From assembly GCF_001194135.2 (NCBI RefSeq), contig NC_068999.1, forward strand, positions 24,092,893 to 24,156,892: a stretch of DNA of 64,000 nucleotides, given 5' to 3'. A program made the translations under genes and the position numbers. How positions within the stretch are numbered: position 1 is the first letter of the stretch; every line of letters starts with the position of its first letter. The stretch is from Octopus bimaculoides. Its lineage: Eukaryota. The notes beneath the pieces were generated by a model that was not told the DNA's origin, did not search any database, and was given only the letters and a program-made list of their open reading frames with translations. Below are positions 12,791-27,326 of this stretch, piece after piece.

Positions 12791-14904
12791 AGTTGACTGT
12801 TCACAACTATTAGATATACATTTCAGATTAATCTTTCTCACTCTTAATTAAAGGCTTCTTTAACAATATGGTAGGAATTTTTGATTTTGTAGGGAACAAA
12901 TTATTAAAATTCTATGATTTCTTGTAGAATCTGTACAGTAAATTACTGCAGTGCTACCCTCTTCTCTCTCTACTTGTTATTGGATATATTTATCACCTTA
13001 CATCAAGAATATTTGGCACATATAAAAAATGGCAGAATTTATGGAGGTAATCTAACATGGTAGATAATTCCTAGTTCACTTAAGATTGATTGTTCTATTA
13101 GAAAACTTAGATCAAACTTCTTATTGAAATCATGTTATTTCTCTTATACTCTGTGGAAATAAATATACAAGTCAAGAGACCACTTCAAATCTTTAACACT
13201 GTATCCTATTAAATATGTTCAGGCATTCAAGTTATTAATTATCCTTAATCTCTACCTTTGCTGGAAGAATTCAGTTAGGACTCCCATCAGAAATGTATTG
13301 CACGATCCCATCATGTTATTTTTTTCCCTATACAAGTATGAATTTAGCATTAAGTATGAATGAGTTAATATCTAATAACAAAGGAATTTTCTTTAATTTA
13401 GAGATTTGAGTTAGGGAATGTAATGTTAAGTAGTTACATAATAAATAACAATTATTCTTTATTTTATATTCAAGTCATATGCTAGGAATTTCTCTTCAGG
13501 AAACCTTTATGATAATGCATCCGATATAAACAGGATCTTGTATTTAAAGTAAAGTTATCAGTCTAGTTACTGAACTTATTGTTAGCTTGACACTGACTTC
13601 ATGTGATCACATTTGTAGGATTAATTATAGATGGAAGATTGAAAATAGAACAAATGTTTTGAATTTTAGCTATTAAGAATGTTATTATTGAATGGTGAAG
13701 AATACCCTTTTATTTCTGATTAATATTTTCATGCAGAATGCTGCAAACCTGCTACAGACCTCAATTCTTATTTCTTCTGTAAAAATGATCAATATTCATT
13801 ATGTTATATTCTATAACATCTTGCCTGCATATCCATTTTTGTCTATGAGCTCTTTTCATCTCGCTGCCTAAATTGTCATATAAACAAAAAATTCCATTAG
13901 TATGTGTGAGTATAGTGTTTTGCTTGATGCATTCTTGGAATCAATGATAAAGAATGAATTTTGTTGTAACAACAAATAACATAAGAAACTGTATTGTGTT
14001 AAGGTTTTCTCAAACTTGTTGTTATTTGAGAAGTCAGAAATTCTGTCATGAAATATATGGTCCCCATGCCAGAAGGAACAGTACCACAACATACATAATA
14101 ATCAATTTTCATTTATTCATTTGAAGGCTGTTATATAAGACAGTGTCTCACAGATGTAAGGACAAATATAATATGCAAGTGATAAAAATGCTATGAAGTA
14201 GTGCTAAAAATAAATGAATGATAAAACAAAATGTGTTGTATGAAATATGACACCTTAACTTTACTGTCTTATATTAATATCAGGTCAGTTTTACTGTTCG
14301 GTACACGAATGTGGATTTTTAACTTTTTGAAATGGTCACAAAAATATATAGGAGGGTATAGTGGATTAAAGTGACCCCTAATGCATTACTGGTAATTATT
14401 TCATTGACTTCAAAAGAATAACATGTGATGCTGGTTAAAGCAAGATTTGAACCAAGAATGAAAACATGAGAATAAGCACTATGCAACATTCTGGTTAATT
14501 TTATCACTTCCCCACCTGCTCAATAAATCTACTATTGAGTGCACAACAAGAGATAGGCATTTTTGAATTCTATATAACATGATAATGAAATATCAAATAG
14601 CATGAGCAAAGAATATAAACAAAGATAGTTTACAGAGATACAATAATATCATTTAAAAGCAAATGGCATCAGTACTCAGCTTTGTTATGAATACTTAAAT
14701 TTGTTAGTAAATGTTACGTCCATGTTGCAAAGATTCAGTCTATTAGCAAAGGAAGAGTTTAAATGGTTTTTGCTGCGATAGTTCAAGAGTGGAGAGCCAT
14801 TTCAGTATCAAGGGCAAATGGCAAGATTTAGTGGGGCGTGGCATATCTGTTTGGAGTAAAATAACAAATCCTTAATTTTACAAATTAATAGATTTTTTTG
14901 ATCT

Positions 14905-15702
<798 letters not shown>

Positions 15703-15789
15703 ATTATATCTATATGTGTGTGTGTGTACACACATATAGATATAAGTGTATATACATTATACCTATGTGTGTGCATGTATTTATATGTA

Positions 15790-17985
15790 TGTTTTGCAAA
15801 CAACTTGCACATGCAAGTGATACCAGTCGAAAACTCTGCATACTGGATACCAGCAAGTATATGGGGTCATTAGAAGAGAATGCATGCCATTTCAGGCCCT
15901 ACTTCTCAATAGCATCATTGCACACCAGCCACACTCACTGTAATGAGGCCCCACTTGCTAGATTAACTGGTTATCAGGTATAGCTTAATATTCTTCTAGC
16001 CATTGCTTGTCTCTTTTTAACCAAATCCAGTGGTTTGCCTTTTCCACTGTAGTTTGGATATCACTCATGGTGGTGTTTGCTTTATGATGAGTTAGGCCTA
16101 ACAATAACAACAGTCACTTCACACTGTGTCCAATGAATCCTCTACATCCGACTTTGATTAGAAAATGCTCTGTTTTCCAACCTGTGTTTTCACATTCCTC
16201 GAAGAGGTTTATGTAATGGTCAATCTTCCGAGCCTGAGCAGTGTCCATGTTATCTTCATGAAGAACTGTTAACTCAACTTGATTTACCACTTTCTTTCTT
16301 TCACACCATATTATGATATCTGGTTTCTTTGTAACTGGGATGGGAAAGAATCATTGGCACCCTGGTAAATCTGAAGCCACCTCCCAATAGCTGTTCCACC
16401 TTTCATTGCTCACAGGAAGTTTCTTCTTGAAACGGATATGCTGTCCTGAGTGCACAAAGATAATGAAATCTCTGGTTGGTTCTTTCAATGGTTTTCTTTG
16501 CCACTGTTGATGTGAGCAATTTGGTTCTTTATAGCATTGAAGATAACCTTAAGGACCAGATTGTGTCTCCATGTATATCTATTCAATGCCAGTGACCAGT
16601 TGGAAAGAATATGTTTCAGTGTTCCGACTTTTCCGCATCTGCACATATCATTTTCTGAGATGCTCCACCTGACTAGATTTGTAGGCGATGGCATGACATT
16701 GTAAGATGAACGAATCAGAAAAGTTAGACGTGATGTAGTCCACCTCCATATCTCATTCCAACTTATTTTTCTTTCAGCAATGTGTTCCTCCCATTTCATT
16801 ATCTGTCTTGTTGAGCACATTGGATCAAATGAAACTCTCTTCTCTCTGTTTTCATTGCTTTGATGCTGTTGCTAACAACAGATCTGCATTTGCTCTGTAT
16901 CATGCTTGCAAACGGTCTGAAATGATCTGCGCCAAATCCAAGTCTCTTCTGATGAATTTGTGTTGCACCTACCATATCTTGGTGCATAAGTGAAGACAGG
17001 ATGTCATCAGTGTCTGCTTTCAACTTGCTGGCTGTTTTTACATAATCTGGTGGATTATGCCTGATTTCTATATCTTTTGACTCTCTCAGCATCATCACTG
17101 TTCGTACCTTCCCTAGTTAATAAATTTTGACTAGTGGTACCAGTGGTAACTGCAACAAGCCTCTTTTACAATAGAGAGCTGAACTGCTCAATATCTGAGG
17201 TAGGCCTAGCCACATTTTAATGAACACATAACATTTTTGTTCAATGATTTGAATTCTTGACAGTGCCACCTTGTATATTAGAAGTGGCCACGAAAGGCGC
17301 AAATACAAGCCAAACTGTAAGCACCATATTTTATATTTACCTGGTAGCTTTGAGCTATCAATTGCTGTTAGCCCATCCTCGGCTTGTTTCATAATTTGCA
17401 TCCCACGACTCCTATCTGACAATGTTCCAGCGTATACACGTCCCAAGCTGTTAACGGACTTTTCCTTGACTTTTGGAATGTTTTCTTCAGCTATTTTAAA
17501 CTTGACTTCTTTTTGCACTTCCTTAATAAATGTCAGACTATGCGACTTTTTTGCTCTGAATCACATCCTTGACCACTTCACCAGCTCATCTAGCCTCAAG
17601 AGGGCACTCTGCATGATTTGTTTGTCAGCAGAAGTGTCACATCATCCATGAATGCCTTCTTAGGTGATTGTGCATGGGCGATTTGTTCCGAAAAGTCTGC
17701 TGCTTTCAAAATCATTTCCATGACTAGGATAAACTATGTGACAGATATTGTGCTACCAGCAGCAATGCCAATCTCCAATCAGTGCCAAGCTGTTGTAAAA
17801 TTTCCAGCAGTAAGCCTCATCTCGAAACTGTCATAATACACCCACATTAATCTTGTTACTTTCTCCGGAATGTGGAAGTGGTCCATGGTTCTCATCAGTA
17901 ATTTGTGTGGCTCTGAGCCATATGCATTAGCTAGATTAAGCCATACCACATTCAGACTTGTCTTGTTCTGTTTGGCATACTTGTT
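15790..17985 (-). mobile_element. 5'-truncated, decayed HERO-like (R2 group, RLE-endonuclease) non-LTR retrotransposon
   Basis: Minus-strand translation gives RT motifs SLNVVWLNLANAYGSEPH and AFMDDVT, the zinc-knuckle region CRCGK..TLKHILS..RYTWRHN, and the RLE region KPDIIIW..VELTV..KVGCRGF..HWIWLKR, with a stop at 15985-15987. Several frameshifts and stops. Confidence 0.85.
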
Positions 17986-19410
17986 TGTTTTCTAAATGCA
18001 CATCGTATCTGTGGGTGTATATATATGTATGTATGAATGAGTGAACAAATGAAAGAAAGTGGTACTCAACACATGTGGTAGGATTTACATGTATTATCTA
18101 ATAACAATTTAAATCAGCTCCATGCAGCTTAAAGTTTCATAGGTTTGTAAAATGAGCCTAGCTTGTCAGGCTTCTGGAGACTGAGTAACCAGATGAGACA
18201 AATTCAAGATGGCTTCTAGTTGTTAGGCCTCTCGTAGTCAACTCTGTTCACATGGTATTATTGGTCTGGAAGTGACATCAGCTCTTATCTTTGTTCTTAG
18301 GTTCATGCAATCAAACAAATTGTTGGTAGTTAGCTGTGTTGTTACTATGTCTGAAGACTGCAAGATAATTTATTTAGTGATATCACTTCATTGCATTTGC
18401 TACTACACATGACAAAGTGGGGTGTTATTGGTTAGTCAAAAACATTATAGTGACAACAAACTATCCATGGGAGTAACCAGATTTAGTGGTATTGGATTAA
18501 ACTTTGGTGGTGCTGTATTGGATAGTCAGCTTGGATGGGATTGTAGTCTATATGAGTGGCAGGGGTTAAGTATTGTACCCTTAAGTATGGAGCAGACAAG
18601 CCTAAGATGGTATTGTGGCTTGAAGTTCGTTGACAGGGTGTACCTCTGGTGCCAAAAGAAGATAGTTCAGTCTTCCTGTTGATGGATACTGCAGGTTAGT
18701 GGAGTATGTGCAGTTTCTTGTGGAGGCAGAATTAGCAATTGTGAGTTTCAGGTGAGTACAGAAGGGCTCTGTCAATAATACTTCATTTCATGTTGGGGAA
18801 GTCATTCCATTGGTCATAGAGCCTCCAGATAAAACAGGACAAGGAAGTGGAGTTTTCACTATCTCTGCATCTGAAAGAATGCATATGTGTTGTATACCTT
18901 CCTCTGAAGTTATTAGCTGTAATTTCCCTCTAGTGTCTTGTAATACCATCAGTTGGTATGAGGGTAGCTCTATAGACCTCAGGCCCTGAGATGCAGGGTT
19001 CTGCCAGTAGGCAGTTGTAGGATTTCAATAGTTACAGGTCAGAGTGTGTATTGGAGGCTGTGTAGGTATGTGTTTGTACTGTAGTGTTCTCCACTAATGA
19101 GTAATAACACTCTGCTCTGCCATATGTAGCAGCAAATGCAATGAACTGATGTCACTAAATAAACCATACCACACTCCAAACATAGCAGCAACAGGTACCT
19201 ATCAACATGAACCAAGAACAAAGATAAGAACTGATATTGCTTCCAAACCAATAACACCATATGACCTGAGTTGACCAAGAGAGGCCTAACATCTAGAAGC
19301 CATTTTATATTTGTCTCATCCTGCCCTTCAAACTCCAGATGTCTAACAAGCTAGTTACATTCTATAAGCTTTGAGTTGCATGAAGCTAAATCAAACTGTT
19401 ATTAAATGAC

Positions 19411-19441
<31 letters not shown>

Positions 19442-19524
19442 TATGTATGCATGTATGTGTATATATAATATGTGTGTGTGTATGTATATCATCATCATCA
19501 TTTAATGTCCAATGTCCATGTATA

Positions 19525-19708
19525 TTTTCTTTTACTTGTTTCAGTCATTTGACTGTGGCCTCCTCTTTTAGTTGAACAAATCGACCCCAGGACTTATTCT
19601 TTGTAAGCCTAGTACTTATACTATCGGTCTCTTTTGTTGAGCTGCTAAGTTACAGGGATGTAAACACACCAATATTGGTTGTCAAGTGATGGTGGGAGTA
19701 CAAACACA

Positions 19709-19756
<48 letters not shown>

Positions 19757-20195
19757 CGACATATATATACAACAGGCTTCTTTCAGTTTCCGTCTACCAA
19801 ATTTACTCACAAGGCTTTGGTTGGCCCAAGGCTATAGTAGATGACACTTGGACACTTGCCCAAGGTGCCACGCATTGAGCCTGAACCCTGAACCATGTGG
19901 TTGGGAAGCAAGCTTCTTACCACACAGCCACATATGTTTATGTATGTATGTATGTTTATATATATATATAAGTATGAATGTATGTATAAACACACTCACT
20001 CTCTCACTTTCTCTCACACACAGACACACATAACAAACTTTCACATAGTCTCTGTCTACCAAATTTACTACACTTACATGACATTGGTTGAGCTGTGGCT
20101 ATAGTATAAGACACTTTGCCCAAGGTGCCATGCAGAGGGTCTGAACTTGAAACCACATGGTTACAATGAAAAGCTTCTTAACCATGCAGCCATGC
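19525..20195 (-). mobile_element. SINE family A full copy plus a second head fragment
   Basis: Full copy 19525-19932 with internal (CA)n; head fragment 20040-20195. Confidence 0.85.
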
Positions 20196-21705
20196 TTGCA
20201 ACTTAGATTTAAATATTGGCAAACTCTTTTGCGAAATGCTTAGCGGTATTTTGTCTGTCTTTATGTTCTGAGTTCAAATTCCACCAAGGTTGACTTTGCC
20301 TTTCATCCTTTCAGGGTCGATAAATTAAGTACCAGTTGTGTACTGGGATTGATCTAATTGATTGGCCCCATCCCCAAAAATGTTGGGCCTTGTGCCTAGA
20401 GTAGAAAAGAATCTTTGGCATGCTGGCCAAAATGCTATTAAGCATTTTTATTGTCTTTATGGACAGAGTTGAAATTCCTCTGATGTCAACTTTGCCTTTC
20501 ATCCTTTAGGGTTGATGAAATAAGTACCATTTGAGCAATGGGGTTGATGTAATCAACTGGCCCTTACCTCAAATTTTCAGACCTTGTAGAAAGAATTAAA
20601 ATTCTGTTTTGGTCTCAAGGGAGAAACTGTTTTTATCATATGGACTATTTTTAGAGATTTCATCAAGCAGGCAATTTTCATTTTAAGTGAGGTTGAAATG
20701 TTGTCTATTATAGTAGAACCACTCATTAGTTGTTTTTTTTTTTTTACTTTGTTTTAAACAAGGATGGTAAACAGGATTATTAATTTCTGCCTCTTCTCCA
20801 ATGAATGTGTATCAATTTCTTTATGTCTGGTTGTGCAACAGCTAATGCGACTGTTGTCATTTAGAAAATAACAAATGTCAATTTGAACTTGATCTGTATC
20901 TGTAAATAAAGCATTTCCAAATAATGATTGAAAAAAAAGAAAAAAAAACACATCAATATTCTTGTTTACTAGTGATAACTCCCAGCATACTTCTAAAAAT
21001 GAATTATTTATTTTGTCAGATGGGGTGAAGTTTATAAACAAGAATAATGCTTTTTTTATCAACTATTCATAACCGATGCACCTAAAACTGATATTATGTT
21101 GCATGTCAATTGAATTTAAAACTGGCCTGTAGTTGCATGACATATGGATTTAAAAACTAGTTTGGTGTTGTATGACAATATAGACCTAAAAATAAATAGT
21201 GCATAAACAAATGAATTCAGTTAAAGTAATCACAGTATAAGAAAACATTAACATTTATTAAAAATCAAAAGTTTTTATTGGGTTCGATTTCCAATTATTG
21301 CTATGTTTTATTTGATATTGAACACAATGCAGAAAGATACAGCAAGCTCCTCTATCTAATGTCATTATTTATATCAATGAGGGTTGGGCCATCAGAATTG
21401 GTAGAGCATCAGATAAATTTTCTTTTTGTATTTGATTTGCAAAGGTCTTGATGTGAACTTCTGTGTTGAAACAGGTTTTGTTGTATCTTGGGAGTGTCTT
21501 TATATCAATAAAAACACCCCACACTGGTTATATTTCACTTCTTTTATTATTATTTGTTATTTCATTTAACCAGTTAACTAATCGATTGTGTGATTAATTG
21601 TTCTGTCAATCAACTAATCAGCTAGGCTCATCAGAGTCCACTCACTGCCATTCATGACCTCATCAGTAACAGTGATTAGTTAACTGATTACATTCATTAA
21701 TAAGC

Positions 21706-22113
21706 ACAGGCATGGCTATGTGGTAAGAAGCTTGCTTCCCAACCACATGGTTCCAGGTTCAGTCCCACTGTGTACCACTTTGAGCAAGTATCTTCTACTA
21801 TAGCCTCAGTTTGACCAAAGCCTTCGGAGTAGATATGGTAGACAGAAACTCAAAGAAGCCTGTCATATATATATGTGTGTGTGCATGTGTGTGTGTTTGT
21901 CCCCCACTACTGCTTGACAACCAGTGTTGGTGTGTTTACATCCCTGTAATTTAACAGTTCAGAAAGAGATCTATAAAATAAATCTATGAAGAGATCTATA
22001 GAATAAGTATTAGATTAAAAGACAAAAAACGTCCTGGGGTCAATTTGTTTGACTTAAAACCCTTCAAATCAGTGCCCCAGCATGGCCACAGCCAAATGAT
22101 TGAAGCAAATGAA
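21706..22113 (+). mobile_element. SINE family A
   Basis: ggcatggctatgtggtaagaagcttgcttcccaaccac head through the cagcatggccacagcc tail. Confidence 0.85.
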
Positions 22114-22354
22114 ATCAAGAACAAAAAAAATGTTAACAAAATCACCAAGTAAAAGAAGTGAAATAGAACCTGTGCATGTGTTTATTATTATCATAATGAC
22201 CCTCCTAAGATACAACAAAATCAAATAGTAAGTTACTTTGTACTATTTAGCTACATTTCGTTATCTTTTGACTTTAAACTCTGCTGAGATCCCGTTTTCC
22301 CTTTCTTCCTCTCCCTCCAGTCAAGACATCTACTTGTGTCTATCTTTTATCTTC

Positions 22355-22745
22355 CATCTTATCTTTTACTTGTTTCAGTCATTTAACTGTGCCCATGCTG
22401 GGGCACCACCTTGAAGGGTTTTTTTAGTTGAACAAATTGACCTCAGGACTTATTTTTTTAAATCCTAGCACTTATTCTTTTAATCCTAGTACTCTTTTGC
22501 CAAACTGCTAAGTTACAGGGACATAAACACACCAGCAATGGTTGTCAAGCAGTGGCAGGAGACAAACGCAGACACAAAGATACACACACAACAAATTTCT
22601 TTCAGTTTCCATCTACCAAAATTTACTCACAAGGCTTTGACCCGGAGTTATAGTGGAAGACACTTGCTCAAAGTGCTATGCAGTGGGACTGAACCCAAAA
22701 CTATGTGGTTGGGAAGCAAGCTTCTTACCACATAACCATGCCTGC
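22355..22745 (-). mobile_element. SINE family A
   Basis: Full reverse copy. Confidence 0.85.
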
Positions 22746-24300
22746 ACCTATGATAGGAATCATTATATCTATCAACTACAATTTTATTTTCTAGCTTTCA
22801 TGTATTACTTTCAAATATATTTTCTCTTGTTTATTTTCATGGTATATTCACTAATAGTATCCTTAAACTATTTTGTCCTGCTGGCCATTGTGGCTTTCTA
22901 TCCTCATCTATACATCAATGGTCATGGATGAAGGCAACATGTAGCACTTTTAATTATCAAATAATTTCTTGAATTCATTTGAGCATACTTTATCTGACAA
23001 TTTCCTGTTAAACAAGCAGTGTATCAGTCTCAGTTCATTCCATCATGGATGCAAAGGTTTGCTTTTTTTTCTAACTTTTACTATAAAATTTTATTGCCAT
23101 TAAGAATAATTAGCTATACAGACACAAGCTTCATAGAAAACAGCGTTTTAGAAAATTCTTTTGAAAGCCTAAGTTGTGTCAGAATTTCCTGAATTATTGT
23201 AAACCCCTACTGTTCTATCCACATTGATCTCTTTATCATTACATTGACCATGTTTCAGTCTACTTGCATTTCTCTGTGTTTTATTATTTTTATTTCTTAG
23301 CCAATATTATATCACATTTAGATGATTTCAATATCACTCCCGAGAAATATATAAAAAATATGAAATTGCAGCATAGAGCTGCAATTTCATATCTTTTTTT
23401 AATAATGTTTAGCACTTTATCTAATTAAGAAATTCCCTATTTAGTTAGATACTATAGTAATATATGAGTCATAGTATTTTATTTTCTAGAATGATTATTA
23501 GATTTATGTGTGAAATTATTGAATTTATTTGTCAATTCTCAGAAGAGTTATTTTCCTATTTCATTATATCAAGAGGCCTTGTAATTTGACCTATTCATGC
23601 TATATCACAAATTCTTTGGTCTTTAGTCATCTAAGAATTCACAGTAATATTGTTTCTAGGATTTCACTATAATGTGCTGACACATGTATCTTTGTTATTT
23701 GTTTATACCTGTCTGGTACTTTCATAATGCAAATCATTATACTTTAATATCATTATTGGCAAAAGTTATTTTAATATTACTTGTAACAATTCTCCAAAGA
23801 TTACTGGACTATTGCAATAAATTTGTTATTGGACTTTTAAATATTTATTTTATATTTTATTTCACAATTTGTGGTGTACAAGTTTGCAATAGGTCAATCA
23901 CTGGTTCACTGCATTTGTGATAGTGAGAGTGACAAGGGATTGTCTATGTACTTGTTGTTTTTCTTGATATTTACATCTGCTGATATGCATTAATAAAAGA
24001 TACACATAAATGCACATGTGCATGCATGCATGTGCACACACACAAACAGACACACACACACACAAACAGACACACACACACACAAACAGACACACACACA
24101 CACACACACACACATCTACTTTTTATCTTTTATTTGTTTCATTCAATGCAGGGGCACTGCCTTGAAGAATTCAGTCAAACAAATTGACCCCAGTACTTAT
24201 TTTTTATGCCTGGCCCTAATTCTATCAATCTCTTTTTGTCAAATCACAAGTTACAGGGACCAACCCAATTGTCAAGCAGTGGTAGGGATCAAACACAAAG

Positions 24301-24338
<38 letters not shown>

Positions 24339-24340
24339 AT

Positions 24341-24680
24341 GAAGGTGCTTGGCTCAGTGGTTAGAGCATTGGACTTACTATTGCGAGGTTTTGAATTTGA
24401 TTCCTGGGCCGGGCTGCATGTTGCGTTCTTGAGCAAGATACTTTATTTCACGCTGTTCCAGTTCACTGAGCTGTAGAAATGAGTTGTGATGTCACTGGTG
24501 CCAAGCTGTATCATCCTTTGCCTTTCCCTTGGACAAGATTGGTGGCATGAAGAGGGGAGACTAATATGCATTGGTTGACTACTGGTCTTCCACAAACAAG
24601 CTTGCTCAAACTTGTGCCTTGAAGGGGAACTTTCTAGGTACTATCCCATGGTCATTGATGACTAAAGGGGGTCTTTACCT
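24341..24680 (+). mobile_element. tRNA-derived SINE family D
   Basis: A-box tggctcagtgg and B-box-like tttgattcc, followed by a non-tRNA body. Related heads with a different body at 38995-39292(-) and 55460-55737(-). Confidence 0.75.
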
Positions 24681-24990
<310 letters not shown>

Positions 24991-25330
24991 AGGTTATATT
25001 TAAAATTAAAGTTTAGATAGGAGACTTTAAAATGTAGTATCAAAACCTTGTTTTGGGCATGCTGCTTGTTGTGGTCCTTCAAAGCACGTTCATCACTTAC
25101 AGCTGGTGGACTTCAGTTCAGTCACCATCTTTCAAATTCCACTTGCAAGGTTTTGCTCACCCTGAGGCCTCAAGTAGAAGACTATGATCAGTCCTTGAAC
25201 CCCTTGGTTGTAAACTGAATTCTTTAAGCACGTAGCCCTGTATCTATAAAAAGCATGTTGTGACTGGCAGATGGAAAGCAATGTTTAAAACATCTTAATT
25301 ATATATATAATAGTGAAATAAAAATAATTG

Positions 25331-25379
<49 letters not shown>

Positions 25380-26587
25380 CTGCTTTAAATCAGTTACCTA
25401 TAAGAAGTTAGCTACTAAATTAAGAAGGTTATTGTGTTGGAAATTGAGTTTCAATTGTAGTTGAGAGGAAACAAGATATTTATTTTGTTGTTTTGATACG
25501 TTTGAAATCAATAATTTCTTTTATGCAGAAATATAATGTGCACTATTGTCTGCAGTACGGACTAATGATGCAACTCAGTGAGAAATTTCTCTGTTCTTTG
25601 ATCATGGAACTGGTTCTGACACACACGCACAATAAAAAAAAAGAAACAAAAACAAAAGCAAAAAGACTGCAAATCAAAACAACAAAAATGAATTCATTAT
25701 TGCTGGTTTCTATAAGCTTGTTTGCTTTCTATATCTGTATGTTTCAGTATATTAAGATATTATTTCCCATTTTTAGAAATCATCTGTCACATTCAAGCCA
25801 GAAATTCAGCAATTATGGCCTTTTCCATGAGTAATTAAGGCAATAATTCACACTTAGTAGACATTTTTATTTGTATAAGCATTTATTTGTGAAAGCAGTA
25901 TTATGCAATACCACATTCTATAAATCATTTGCAGGACTTTTGCTGTATATGTTGCATGTGGCTGCTCCAAATCAACTCCCTCAAATTATACCTTGCAACC
26001 TTAACAAAGGACACATTGGAGAATGTAGTCTTAGATATACTTTGTCTGAAAAACAAAATGGATGAGATGGACAGTTGGAGCACTTTTGATCATAGTCTGT
26101 TGGATCAAAAAAAGAATGAATCATAAATCTTTTAACAATTTTTGGTAATAACTTTTATTATATATCAAAATATCATAAAAACTTAATAACATGCAAAAGT
26201 ATTTCTACAAATTAATGTAGAAAAATATGTCTCTTAGTTTTTTCTTCTCAGCATTTGGGGTAAACTATCTGTTTTCGCCCCTGAATATATTAACATTGTT
26301 TCATTCAGATTTCGTAGCTTCCCAAAGATGATAGAGTTTTCAAATTTTCTCTCATGTTTGTGTTCAATGCACATTTAAATATTCTCAATAGATTCTGAAA
26401 TGACCAGAATGTAATTTTCGGATGTTTTTTTATTTATTTTTTTTGTAACTATTTTTTGGTTGCTTTAGTTGTATGGGTAGGAATATGGCCTTGTTGAAAA
26501 AACTTGTGGTTTTGTGTTATTTTTTTTTCTCCAGGAAATAATTTTTGCTGGCTGAGAAGTAATCCTCTCTCTTTCTCACAGTTTTAA

Positions 26588-26805
26588 CCCCATAGCATTC
26601 AGATTATTCTGCCTATTGTAATGCTTATTTATTCACATTGTTTGGAATTAGTAATACATTATCTTTTTGTATTGAGTTTGATTATGTGCTAGTTTATTTT
26701 TAGTGTGACATTATAGGGTAGGTGTGCGAGGCTGAATATGGTCAGTTTGAACATAAAACAGGTATGATATTTGGGTCGGATATGGCTGGTTTAGATGCTA
26801 ATGGG
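26588..26805. mobile_element. piggyBac-like MITE
   Basis: TTAA at 26584-26587 and 26806-26809; termini ccccatagcatt / gatgctaatggg. Confidence 0.7.
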
Positions 26806-27267
26806 TTAAATATTCCAAGGAAGTAACTGACTGTTAAGACCTTATAAGTTCACTAACATTTGTAGATGATAATGTACTCCATAATCATGTTTCTACTGTC
26901 TCTTCACTTAACAGTTGTTGAAATACACTCAGAGTAGACTCTCACACATTAGCTCTGCAAAAACAAAATTCTAATGTGTTACTTCAAAGGTCAAACCTTG
27001 ATTCAGCATTTTGGAGAACTTTCTGAAATGAGTATGAAAAGTGCAGTCTGTTCTTAATATATATTTTGGTTAACAGAATGCTACATAGCCCATCTTGTAG
27101 AGGCAAAGCAAGCATCTTTTGGTTGTCTTGTAATGGTCCTTCTGAAGAGTTTTGTTTTTAGTAGCTGTTACAGCAACTACTAAAGTTGTTGCAGGATTTT
27201 CTTTCCTGAAGAACCAAGAATTTTAGTCTTCTGCCATTTGTATTTGTAGTAGTTCTCTCTCTACCAG

Positions 27268-27326
27268 GTCCTTTCTTCCATGCAGTAGAACAAGTTTTCT
27301 GGGTGTGTAGGTCTATTCTCTTTATG
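27268..27326 (+). other. Candidate 59-nt exon (5' UTR or coding) ending in ATG
   Basis: Acceptor gttctctctctaccAG and donor ATG|GTAAGC. One open frame (PFFHAVEQVFWVCRSILFM) ends in phase 0, compatible with the 47022 exon. No homology recognised. Confidence 0.3.

Noticed and set aside
20763-20808. Possible first coding exon MVNRIINFCLFSNEC joining in phase to 47022
   Set aside because: Good acceptor but a weak donor (GTATCA) and no recognisable similarity; insufficient support.
24341-24420. tRNA-like sequence with A and B boxes
   Set aside because: It continues into a SINE body and lacks an intact acceptor stem; a SINE head, not a tRNA gene.
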